Positions 8,830 to 16,992 of a stretch of DNA of 33,275 bases are shown here, piece by piece (the stretch's first letter is position 1; each line of letters starts with the position of its first letter). Location: contig JBDTUV010000002.1 of NCBI GenBank assembly GCA_040007575.1, forward strand, positions 1 to 33,275. The letters run 5' to 3'. Below the pieces are notes generated by a model that searched no databases, was not told the origin of the DNA, and saw only the letters and a list, made by a program, of their open reading frames with translations. The stretch is from Gemmatimonadales bacterium. GTDB taxonomy: Bacteria; Gemmatimonadota; Gemmatimonadetes; Gemmatimonadales; GWC2-71-9. The translations under genes were made by a program, and so were the position numbers.

Positions 8830-9255
8830 ATGAAAACAGTTGACGACGTTTCGTCCGCCATGCCCTCGCACCCCGCCGCCGGAATCTGGGTTCTCGTGGT
8901 AGACGACGAGAGCGCCGTCCGGCGTTTTGCCGTGCGGGTCCTCGAGCGAGAGGGCTACGGCGTGCGTGAAGCCGCAGATGGGGCGGAGGCATTGGAGCTG
9001 TTCAAGCAGGGAGGCATCACGGTTGAGGTGGTGGTTACCGATATCGTGATGCCTCGATTGAATGGTGTCGAGCTGATGCAGGCGCTTTCTCTCTCGCATC
9101 CCGGCCTGCCGGTGATTCTGATGTCCGGCTACGCCACGGACGCCTTGCGCGAGCTCGGTATCGCCGCGCCTTGTGCCATCCTCCCCAAGCCGTTCCTGTC
9201 CGAGCGGCTGCTCGAGGAGGTGCGGCGCTGCTCCAGTTCCAAAAAGGCCGGGTAA
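8830..9255 (+). CDS. Stand-alone response-regulator receiver (CheY-like) protein
   Basis: VLVVDDE acidic pocket, phospho-acceptor VVVTDIVMP, SGY, and the conserved Lys in LPKPF. There is no output domain. Confidence 0.9.
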   Translation: MKTVDDVSSAMPSHPAAGIWVLVVDDESAVRRFAVRVLEREGYGVREAADGAEALELFKQGGITVEVVVTDIVMPRLNGVELMQALSLSHPGLPVILMSGYATDALRELGIAAPCAILPKPFLSERLLEEVRRCSSSKKAG

Positions 9256-9623
9256 GGCCTTTCGTGTTCGGCAGGCATCCCCTTCTCCAGTGGCCGCAGG
9301 ACTGATCGTCCCACCCACGTACCGGCATCCCTGAGGTCGTCCGCGACACCGAGTAAGGCCAGTTGGCGCGCGTATTGCCGAGCAACTGCAGGGGACGCCG
9401 AGTGTCCATTCCCGGGTGAACTGGGTTCCTGTGGCGCCGCTGGTAGGGGGAGCCGGGTGCGGGAATGCCGATTCTGGCGCGCGGCGCCTAAAACCAGGTC
9501 CACATTGATTTTACACTCTGGTCGCCGTTCACGCCGCTAACTTCCTTGACCATCCGGCACCATTCGGGTGCAAGGGACGGCGGTTGCAGAACGCGTGGCC
9601 GGGCCGACCTACAGGACATACTT

Positions 9624-11834
9624 GTGACCATTTCGAGGAAACATCTCCTTTCCTTCTTGATTGCCGCCGGCATGGTGGCGTGTGGTGGCGGAGACCCTAC
9701 TGCGCCCTCCGCCCCAAGCCTCTCGATCACGGTGACAGGCCTCCCTGGCGGAACCCCCGCTCAGGTGACCGTCACCGGTCCAGGTGGGTACAGTCAGTCC
9801 CTGTCGGGAAGCCAAACCCTGGCGCCGCTGACGGTCGGATCGTACAACGTCATACCTTTGAACGTCACGGTCGGGTCGGCAACCTACTCCGGTGCTCCGG
9901 TCAGCCAAACTGTGGATGTCGCCGGGTCAGCGGGTGCGGTCGTCACGTATAGCACCGCCTCCGCCGGCGGCTCCAGGCTCCTTGTGAATATCAACGGCCT
10001 GGCCTCAGGCACACCGGCGGCCGTGACCGTCACCGGACCCGGTGGTTATAACCAAACCGTCACCACGACTCAGACACTCACCGGTCTTGCCTCAGGCAGC
10101 TACACTATCGCGCCGCAGAACATCATGGTGGGCGGAACCCCATACACCGCGTCGCCCTCCAGTCAGAATGCTGGGGTAACCACTGCCACGGCGGCGGCCG
10201 TGACTGTGACCTACGGTGCTCCGCCTAGCGGCGCCATGAATCTCCGCATAGACGGCATGTACCTCACCCAGAGCACCCAGACTTATGCCGGCGCGGTACC
10301 GTTGGTACAGAACCGAGACGGATTCCTCAGGGTGTTCGTCACCGCCAACCAAGTCAATGCCGCTCAGGCAGCGGTCAGAATCCGATTCTATCAGGATTTC
10401 GTGCTTCAGTCGGAGCAGACCGTGACCGCCGGCCTCACAGTACCCACCGCACCGGACGAGAGCTCCTTGAGCTCCTCATGGAACCTCCCAGTCTCGGGAG
10501 CGCTCATTCGACCCGGTCTCAGTATCATCGCCGAGGTCGACGTCGCCAACGGTGTGGCCGAGAGCAACGAGATGGACAATGCATTCCCAGCCGCTGGGCC
10601 ACAGACCATGAATGTGCGCGCGGTGCCGGTGCTGAACGTCATGTTCGTGCCGGTCATGCAGCGGCTCAACGGTCTCAGGGGCAATGTGAGCAGTGCGAAC
10701 ACGGCGGCCTTCCTCGACGCAGCCAAGCGGATGCACCCTCTCGACATGTATAGCGCCGTAGTCCATGCCCCATACACCACGACCACCTCCAAGGTGCTCC
10801 AGGCCGACAACACCAATGGAGCCTGGGTCGATATCCTGGGCGAGATCGACGCCCTTCGCGTGGCCGAGAACAGCTCCCGCTACTACTACGGCGTGGCCAA
10901 GGTGTCTTACACCAGCGGCGTCGCGGGGGTGGCCTATGTCAGCGCCTCCAGCCCGGAGCGTGCGGCGCTCGGCTGGGACTATCTCCCCAGTGGCAGTGAC
11001 GTTGCCGCGCACGAGCTGGGACATAATTGGGGACGGAACCACGCTCCCTGCGGAAGCCCAGCGGGTGTGGATGCCATGTACCCCTATCCGGATGGCCGCT
11101 CCGGCGCGTATGGCCTCGATGTCGCCGCGCAGAGCCTGAAGCCGCCGACCACGAGCGACATCATGGGGTACTGCGATCCGAAATGGATTGGCGACTATAG
11201 CTACAAGGCCGTTCTGGACTACCTCAGCCCGGCGAGTCCGGTGGTGACGAGCCTTGCTACCAGTCAGGCCGTCCAACCCTGTTTGCTCGTCTGGGGACAC
11301 ATTCGTGACGGCGAGATGGTTTTGGAGCCGGCCTTTCAGGTGAACACCCGGCCCAGCCTGCCTGGGCGAGCCGGACCATACTCGGTATCGGCCGGAGCGG
11401 AGGACGGAACCACGCTGTTCAGCCTCTCCTTCGCGCCCAAGGTGATTGCCGATGCGCCCGGGGGGCAGAAGAACTTCGTCTTTGCCGTGCCACTCTCGGA
11501 CGCTCGTGCCAGCCAGCTGGCGACCCTCCGGCTCCGCGGCCAGGGCCGTCAGATGGTTCGGAGGACACAGCAGCCCGCGGCCACCGGGGCGCAGCCCGGT
11601 ACCGGCGTCAAACCGCTGATGGCCGAGGTGCGCCGATCATCAGGTGGTGGAATGGGGGTCAGCTGGGACGCCCGCACTCATCCCATGGTGATGGTGCGTG
11701 ACGCTCAGACGGGCGAGGTGTTGTCCTTTGCCCGAGGTGGCAGCGTGGAGCTCCCCGGCGCCAGGCGTGAGGTAGACCTGGTACTCTCGGATGGGATCAA
11801 GAGCAGCGTCAGGCGGGTTCCGGTAACGCCGTGA
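9624..11834 (+). CDS. Zinc metalloprotease (metzincin; reprolysin/M12B- or M66-like) lipoprotein with two N-terminal beta-sandwich repeats
   Basis: Lies in track ORF 9546..11834. Contains the extended zinc motif HELGHNWGRNH (HExxHxxGxxH). GTG 9624 gives VTISRKHLLSFLIAAGMVAC-GGG (lipoprotein-type signal). Two tandem repeats of about 78 aa lie at 9720-9953 and 9978-10214. Confidence 0.8.
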   Translation: MTISRKHLLSFLIAAGMVACGGGDPTAPSAPSLSITVTGLPGGTPAQVTVTGPGGYSQSLSGSQTLAPLTVGSYNVIPLNVTVGSATYSGAPVSQTVDVAGSAGAVVTYSTASAGGSRLLVNINGLASGTPAAVTVTGPGGYNQTVTTTQTLTGLASGSYTIAPQNIMVGGTPYTASPSSQNAGVTTATAAAVTVTYGAPPSGAMNLRIDGMYLTQSTQTYAGAVPLVQNRDGFLRVFVTANQVNAAQAAVRIRFYQDFVLQSEQTVTAGLTVPTAPDESSLSSSWNLPVSGALIRPGLSIIAEVDVANGVAESNEMDNAFPAAGPQTMNVRAVPVLNVMFVPVMQRLNGLRGNVSSANTAAFLDAAKRMHPLDMYSAVVHAPYTTTTSKVLQADNTNGAWVDILGEIDALRVAENSSRYYYGVAKVSYTSGVAGVAYVSASSPERAALGWDYLPSGSDVAAHELGHNWGRNHAPCGSPAGVDAMYPYPDGRSGAYGLDVAAQSLKPPTTSDIMGYCDPKWIGDYSYKAVLDYLSPASPVVTSLATSQAVQPCLLVWGHIRDGEMVLEPAFQVNTRPSLPGRAGPYSVSAGAEDGTTLFSLSFAPKVIADAPGGQKNFVFAVPLSDARASQLATLRLRGQGRQMVRRTQQPAATGAQPGTGVKPLMAEVRRSSGGGMGVSWDARTHPMVMVRDAQTGEVLSFARGGSVELPGARREVDLVLSDGIKSSVRRVPVTP

Positions 11835-12331
11835 TCAGGCTATCGATCTTCGGTCTGGTCATGGGAGTGGCAGCCTGCGCGCCGCGAACCGCCGCCGCTC
11901 CTGCGGACCAGCAGCTGAGCGACGCGGCAGCAGGCCCGGCCATCAGCCTGGAGCGCACGCCCTGCTTCGGCGGCTGCCCGGTGTACATCATCTCAGTCTC
12001 ACCTTCGGGCCAGGTGACTTACGAGGGCAGGGCCAACGTGCGCGACTCGGGCACGGCCATCGCCCAGGTTCCCAAGCAGCGAGTGGATACGCTGCTCATC
12101 GAGCTCGAGCGCGCCGGATACTTCGGTTTCGCCAGCCAGTACGCCCTGTCCGAGCCCGCGTGTGGCCGCTACGTCACCGACCTGCCAACGGCAATCAGTT
12201 CCGCCACCCTGGGCGCACGGACCAAGCGAATCGAGCACGATTACGGATGTGGGGGAGCGCCCGCCGCCCTCGCCGTGTTGGAGAATAGAATCGATGAGGT
12301 ACTGGGCTCGGGTCAGTGGACGGGGAGGTAG
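11831..12331 (+). CDS. Cys-rich lipoprotein, DUF6438-like (family name from memory)
   Basis: MIRLSIFGLVMGVAAC signal with lipobox (VAAC). Motif TPCFGGCPVY plus two further Cys pairs (EPACG, DYGCGG). The GTG start 11831 overlaps the protease stop (GTGA 11831-11834). Confidence 0.7.
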   Translation: MIRLSIFGLVMGVAACAPRTAAAPADQQLSDAAAGPAISLERTPCFGGCPVYIISVSPSGQVTYEGRANVRDSGTAIAQVPKQRVDTLLIELERAGYFGFASQYALSEPACGRYVTDLPTAISSATLGARTKRIEHDYGCGGAPAALAVLENRIDEVLGSGQWTGR

Positions 12332-12366
12332 ATCCTTCGGTCGTTTCACTCCCTCAGGATGACAAC
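12331..12366. repeat. Dispersed repeat module a, copy A (minus-strand reading GTTGTCATCCTGAGGGAGTGAAACGACCGAAGGATC)
   Basis: Lies in the 66-nt convergent intergenic gap. Contains the inverted pair ATCCT...AGGAT. The GTCATCC-GAG and GAACGACCG cores are shared with the copy at 29626-29658, and partly with the inverted repeat at 31824-31894. Confidence 0.6.
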
Positions 12367-12407
12367 CTCTTACCTCTCGCTTCTCACCTCTCACCTCTCA
12401 CTTTCTC
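12366..12407. repeat. Tandem heptamer array (CCTCTTA CCTCTCG CTTCTCA CCTCTCA CCTCTCA CTTTCTC)
   Basis: Direct reading of the sequence. The last complete unit carries the stop codon (TGA, minus strand, 12400-12398) of the permease gene. Confidence 0.7.
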
Positions 12408-13246
12408 CCCTCCGGATCCAGCCGGTCCCGCACTGCATCCCCCAGCAACGTTGCTGCCACCACCACCAGCACCAACGCCACTCCTGGTGCGGTAGCCACC
12501 CAGGGCGCATTGACCAGAGTATCCCGGCCGGAGGCGATCAGGTTTCCCCATGACGGCGTCGGCGGCTGAACACCGAGGCCGAGGAACGAGAGCCCGGCCT
12601 CCAGCATGATGGCGTTCCCTACGCCGAGCGCGGCTGCCACGATTACGGGAGTGAGCGCGTTGGGCAGGATGTGCCGGATCAGTACCCTCGGCCCTCGGAC
12701 ACCCAGTGCCACAGCACTCTCGACGAACGGTCGCGCTGCCAGGGCACGCACCTCGCCGTGAACCAGTCGTGCGATCGTCATCCATCCGGTCAGCCCGAGT
12801 ACCACGATCACCAGCGCCGCGCTTGGCTGCCACAGCGAGGCGAGCAGCAACAGCAGCACCACGCGGGGGAGCGCCAGAGCGAAGTCGGTAAGCCCCAGCA
12901 GCACCACTCCGGTGCGGCCTTGCCAGAACCCTGCCGCCGCTCCTACCGCCATACCGATGATGACCGAGAGCAGCACCGCCAGCAGACCCACTCCGAGCGA
13001 CACCCGAGCGCCATACACCAGGCGAGCCCACACGTCCCGCCCGAAGCGATCGGTGCCAAGCAGATGGAAAGTGCCGTGCAGGTCGGTGGTCAGGGGAGAC
13101 AGGAACCGGGTGGCCACAATGTCCCGCTGGAGCGATGGATCCACCGCCAGCAACGGAGCCATCACCGCCAGCAGGATGGCGAGCGCCAGAACTGCCAGGC
13201 CGAAACGCGCCCTGGGATCGTGAAACAACGAGCCGCCACGTCTCAT
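12398..13246 (-). CDS. ABC transporter permease, DppC/OppC-like
   Basis: N-terminal segment LAVLALAILLAVMAPLLA and six hydrophobic segments, with the overall layout of a peptide/nickel-type inner-membrane component. The ATG start overlaps the upstream stop (ATGA 13243-13246). Confidence 0.9.
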   Translation of the reverse strand: MRRGGSLFHDPRARFGLAVLALAILLAVMAPLLAVDPSLQRDIVATRFLSPLTTDLHGTFHLLGTDRFGRDVWARLVYGARVSLGVGLLAVLLSVIIGMAVGAAAGFWQGRTGVVLLGLTDFALALPRVVLLLLLASLWQPSAALVIVVLGLTGWMTIARLVHGEVRALAARPFVESAVALGVRGPRVLIRHILPNALTPVIVAAALGVGNAIMLEAGLSFLGLGVQPPTPSWGNLIASGRDTLVNAPWVATAPGVALVLVVVAATLLGDAVRDRLDPEGRK

Positions 13247-14223
13247 CCAGGCCGCCTCGAGGGTTGTGCTCTCAGACGGGGATCGGCCCAGGCGGCCAGC
13301 GCCTCGGCGAGCAGGTTGCCGAGCACCACGAGCGTGGCGCTCACCGCCGTCGCGGCCATGATCACCGGGTAGTCCCGCGCTCCCACTGCCTCCACCATGA
13401 TCCGCCCCACACCCGGCCAGGCGAAGATGGCCTCGATGAACACCGCGCCGGAAAAGAGCGCCGGCAGGGAAAGCCCGAGCAGCGTGAGCACTGGTATCAA
13501 AGCGTTCCGCAACACGTGGCGAACAGTCACCTGCAGGGGCGAGAGCCCCTTTGCCCGGGCGATCGCCACGTGGGGTGCGTTGCGGACGTCGAGCATCGCG
13601 CCTCGTACGAATCGCGCGGTGCCTCCGATGCCGATCAGCGTCAGCGTCGCGAGCGGGAGCGCCAGATGTCGCAGCCGGTCCGCCACCTTATCCCATCCGG
13701 TGAGGAAGTCAGCATCGAAACCCGCCGCGCCAAACGCCGGCAGTGCTCGCGCCCAATAAGTAAAGACCATCACCAGCATGAGTCCGAGCCAATAGCCCGG
13801 GAGCGCGAACAAGGTCACGGTGACGACCGACAGTGTAGTATCGAGTCGGCCGCCGCGCGTGGCCTGAATGGCCCCGACGACGATACCGATGATGTAGCTC
13901 AGAACCAGTGAGAGCCCGACCAGGCTCACCGTCGCCGGCCAGGCTGCGGAGATCATGCCGCGTACCGGACGTCCGGTGGCGATGCTGCTGCCCCAATCCC
14001 CCCGTACGAAGCGGCCCAGCCACGCGGCGTATTGCTCTGGTAGTGGACGGTCGAGGCCCAGCGCCGTTCGCTGGGCGGCGAGCTGGTCCTGGGTCGCGGT
14101 GGGCCCAACGAGAAGAAGTGCCGGATCGCCGGGCGCCAGCCGGATGAGGAAGAACATGAGGGTCACGACGCCGACGATCACGGCAAGGCCGGCGAGAGCG
14201 CGACGCAAGAATGTTCGGAGCAT
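13243..14223 (-). CDS. ABC transporter permease, DppB/OppB-like
   Basis: Lies in track ORF 13243..14433. Internal ATG 14223 gives the canonical N-terminus MLRTFLRRALAGLAVIVGVVTLMFFLIRLAPGDPA. The upstream 70 codons are Arg/Gly-rich and not protein-like. Confidence 0.9.
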   Translation of the reverse strand: MLRTFLRRALAGLAVIVGVVTLMFFLIRLAPGDPALLLVGPTATQDQLAAQRTALGLDRPLPEQYAAWLGRFVRGDWGSSIATGRPVRGMISAAWPATVSLVGLSLVLSYIIGIVVGAIQATRGGRLDTTLSVVTVTLFALPGYWLGLMLVMVFTYWARALPAFGAAGFDADFLTGWDKVADRLRHLALPLATLTLIGIGGTARFVRGAMLDVRNAPHVAIARAKGLSPLQVTVRHVLRNALIPVLTLLGLSLPALFSGAVFIEAIFAWPGVGRIMVEAVGARDYPVIMAATAVSATLVVLGNLLAEALAAWADPRLRAQPSRRPG

Positions 14224-14506
14224 GGTGCAATGTACTGCCCAGTCGAACTGGGCCCCACCCAGCCGCAGCAGCCCGGGCTCTCGCCGCCGCACAAAAGAAC
14301 GCAGTGCTCTGGCGAGACCACCGGGCCACTGCCGCCCCCCACCTGTTTTCCAAACCTGGTGGGCGGAGCAGCGGGGAGCAGAGACCCTGGAGGGCGCGTA
14401 GTGCGCACTCATCCGTCGTTGTGATCTCTCCATCAGAGCGCACTCCAGCGCCCGGAAGGGTTCCTACTCCCCGTTGCGATGGGCAGGGGCGGCAACTCGC
14501 GTGTTG

Positions 14507-15976
14507 ATGAAGCTGGCAACCACTACGGTGGGGAGGATAACATTCGCGGTGCTCCTGACCCGATCCTGGTTTCTCCTCTGCACACTGCTGGCCACCGCCT
14601 GCGACTCGAACGCGGCGCGCCGCGGCGATACCGTGCTCTTTGCCTCCGGTGCGGATCTCCAGAGCATCAATCCGCTGCTCACGGTCCATCCGCTCGCGCG
14701 ACAAGTGCAGCGCCATGTGTTCCTGACCACGCTCGCCCGCTACGACAGCACGCTGACTCCTCAGCCCTATCTCGCTCGGAAATGGGAATGGTCGAGCGAC
14801 CGCCGCGGACTGACCTTTCATCTCGAGACCGCTGTCCGATGGCACGATGGCCGTCCGACGACCGCAGGCGATGTGGCCTGGACTCTAAACGCCGCGCGCG
14901 ACCCCGCCACGGGCTATCCCCGCGCGAATGAGTTAGCGGGACTCGAGTCCCTGGCTTCGCGCGACGATTCGACGGTGGTGTTGCGGTTTCGGCAGCCGCA
15001 GTCCCGCTTTCCCGATCTCCTGACCGACCTGGCCATCCTTCCGGCTCACCTGCTCGACACCGTGCCGCACGCCCGACTGCGGCAGGCCGAGTGGAACACC
15101 GCGCCGGTCGGCAATGGCCCCTTTCGCTTCGTGTCGCACGAGCCGAACCGCCGCTGGGTATTCGCCGCCAATCCCGACTTTCCAGCGGCGCTGGGCGGTC
15201 CGCCGCGCCTCGGGCGCTTCATCGTCGTGGTGGTGGATGAGCCGACCACCAAGCTGGCGGCGCTCACCTCCGGCGAGCTCGATTTCGCCGGCATCCAGCC
15301 CGCCCACGCCGAGTTCGTGCGCCGCGACTCCAATCTCAGCGTTCTGAGCTTTCCACTGTTGCAGACCGACGGCATCGTGTTCAACACCCGTCGGCCTCCA
15401 TTCGACCGGCTCGAGAGCCGTCGCGCCGTCAGCGATGCCATCGATCGCCGGGAGCTGGTAGACGCGTATATCTACGGTTTCGGCACCCCGGCCCTGGGCC
15501 CTGTGCCACCCAACGCGCCGGGCTATCTTCCGCCCGCCTCGTCTCCGCCGCTGAAGGCGCCGCGCCCACCCGGCCGGGTGGGCTTCGAGCTGCTGACGGT
15601 TGGGAGCGGTGAGGCCCCGCTGGAGCAGATGCTCCAGGCTCGACTCAAACGCGCGGGATTCGACGTGACCATCCGTCAGCTGGAGTTGTCGGCCTTTCTC
15701 GGGCGGGTCTACGGCTCGAATCCGGATTTCGATGCCGCGGTGCTGGGCATCCCGGGGGATACTGGTCTCGGGTACCTGGGACCGCTCGCCAGGCTTGCCG
15801 GTCTCAAGGCCCCGTCAGATCCTGCCGCTGCCCAGCGCCTCTTCGCCGATTCGATGCCGGTGGCCTTCCTGTATCACTCACGCGGTCTTCAAGGTATGAA
15901 TCGCCGAGTGCACGGGGTCACGATGGATCTGCGCGGGGAGCTTCCCACGGTGCGCGACTGGTGGGTGGCGCAGTGA
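14507..15976 (+). CDS. ABC transporter substrate-binding protein, family 5 (DppA/OppA-like), lipoprotein
   Basis: Lies in track ORF 14474..15976. MKLATTTVGRITFAVLLTRSWFLLCTLLATAC-D is a lipoprotein-like signal. Length and composition fit SBP_bac_5. Start candidates are GTG 14501, TTG 14504 and ATG 14507. Confidence 0.85.
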   Translation: MKLATTTVGRITFAVLLTRSWFLLCTLLATACDSNAARRGDTVLFASGADLQSINPLLTVHPLARQVQRHVFLTTLARYDSTLTPQPYLARKWEWSSDRRGLTFHLETAVRWHDGRPTTAGDVAWTLNAARDPATGYPRANELAGLESLASRDDSTVVLRFRQPQSRFPDLLTDLAILPAHLLDTVPHARLRQAEWNTAPVGNGPFRFVSHEPNRRWVFAANPDFPAALGGPPRLGRFIVVVVDEPTTKLAALTSGELDFAGIQPAHAEFVRRDSNLSVLSFPLLQTDGIVFNTRRPPFDRLESRRAVSDAIDRRELVDAYIYGFGTPALGPVPPNAPGYLPPASSPPLKAPRPPGRVGFELLTVGSGEAPLEQMLQARLKRAGFDVTIRQLELSAFLGRVYGSNPDFDAAVLGIPGDTGLGYLGPLARLAGLKAPSDPAAAQRLFADSMPVAFLYHSRGLQGMNRRVHGVTMDLRGELPTVRDWWVAQ

Positions 15977-16992
15977 GCGGATCTCCTGCTGCGCGCACGG
16001 GTCCGGCGTACCGCGCGGCGGCGCCGGTACGGCTCGACCTGGCGGGCGGCTGGACCGACGTTCCTCCGTTCTCGGCCCGGGAAGGGGGCGTCGTCGTCAC
16101 CGGTGCCATTCAGCTGTTTGCCCGTGCCGAGGTGCGGCTGGGCGGGAGCGGCTTCCGGTTGGTGTCCGAAGACCTCCACGATGAGCTCGAGGTCAGCGAT
16201 TCGGCCGGACTGGTGCGTGATGGCCGGCTGGACCTGCTCAAGGCCGGTCTCCGGCTCCTGCCGGTGGGCGGGTGCACCCTCAGCACCCGATCCGACGCTC
16301 CTCCGGGCTCGGGTCTCGGTAGCTCGGGCGCGCTCGACGTCGCACTGGTTGCGGCCCTGTCGGCGGCCCGAGGAGAGAGCCCCGATCCCGTCGATGTCGC
16401 GGAGCAGGCCTGCCACCTCGAGGCGGTGGAAGCCGGCATACCAGGAGGACGCCAGGATCAGTTCGCTTCATCGCACGGGGGATTCCTTCGGCTCGACTTT
16501 CACGATCCGGAGGCGGAAGTGCAGCGATTGAAGCTGGATCCTGCATTCACGGCCGATCTGGCTCGGCGAATGGTGCTCTGCTACACCAGTGCCTCTCGCT
16601 TTTCTGGAGCCACGATCGACCGGGTGATGCGGGCCTACGAGAGCGGGGATTCGACGGTTGCCGCCGGGCTGCATGGGCTGCGGGGAGTTGCGGAAGAGAT
16701 GGCAGCAGCGCTCGTGGCCTCCGATTCTGCCCGGGTCGGAGAGCTCCTCACGGAGAACTGGACTCACCAGCAGGCTCTCGATCCTCGCATGCGCACCGAT
16801 GAGATGGCCCGGCTGGAACAGTCGGTCACCGACGCCGGCGCGCTCGGCGGCAAGGCGGCAGGCTCGGGTGCAGGAGGGTGCATGTTTTTTCTGGGCCCCG
16901 ACGATCCGGCTCCGGTGATCGAGGCCGCGCGATCCTGTGGCGCTCAGCTCCTTCCAGTTCGCTGGGCCATGTACGGCGTGCGGCCGTGCTGA
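15961..16992 (+). CDS. GHMP-family sugar kinase, HddA/fucokinase-like (COG2605-type)
   Basis: APVRLDLAGGWTDVPPF N-terminal motif, GHMP motif II PPGSGLGSSGAL, GGRQDQFASSHGGF, and C-terminal GKAAGSGAGGCMFF. An alternative start at GTG 15973 overlaps the SBP stop (GTGA). Confidence 0.85.
   Translation: MGGAVSGSPAARTGPAYRAAAPVRLDLAGGWTDVPPFSAREGGVVVTGAIQLFARAEVRLGGSGFRLVSEDLHDELEVSDSAGLVRDGRLDLLKAGLRLLPVGGCTLSTRSDAPPGSGLGSSGALDVALVAALSAARGESPDPVDVAEQACHLEAVEAGIPGGRQDQFASSHGGFLRLDFHDPEAEVQRLKLDPAFTADLARRMVLCYTSASRFSGATIDRVMRAYESGDSTVAAGLHGLRGVAEEMAAALVASDSARVGELLTENWTHQQALDPRMRTDEMARLEQSVTDAGALGGKAAGSGAGGCMFFLGPDDPAPVIEAARSCGAQLLPVRWAMYGVRPC

Noticed and set aside
9129-9503. A possible small minus-strand gene in the response-regulator/metzincin intergenic region.
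   Set aside because: It has many A/T-ending codons (TTA, AAT, CAT, CTA, CCA, AGT, TCA...), unlike real genes here. It overlaps the response-regulator 3' end by about 127 nt and has no recognisable motifs.
12366-12407. Heptamer arrays (also 29711-29738 and 24773-24815) considered as possible CRISPR or other spaced-repeat arrays.
   Set aside because: The units are 7 nt and directly abutting with no spacers, and no cas genes are present. They are simple tandem or low-complexity repeats.
13243-14433. Long N-terminal extensions in the track ORFs: 13243..14433, 3612..5204, 6636..7466, 16878..19721, 19645..20898, 21767..22705, 23284..24702, 28929..29612, 29387..30982 and 31789..32469.
   Set aside because: The extensions overlap the preceding gene or are Arg/Gly-rich. 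Internal starts give canonical N-termini (signal peptides, MLRTFLRR..., MPIERIEL...) and sit at or next to the upstream stop codon.
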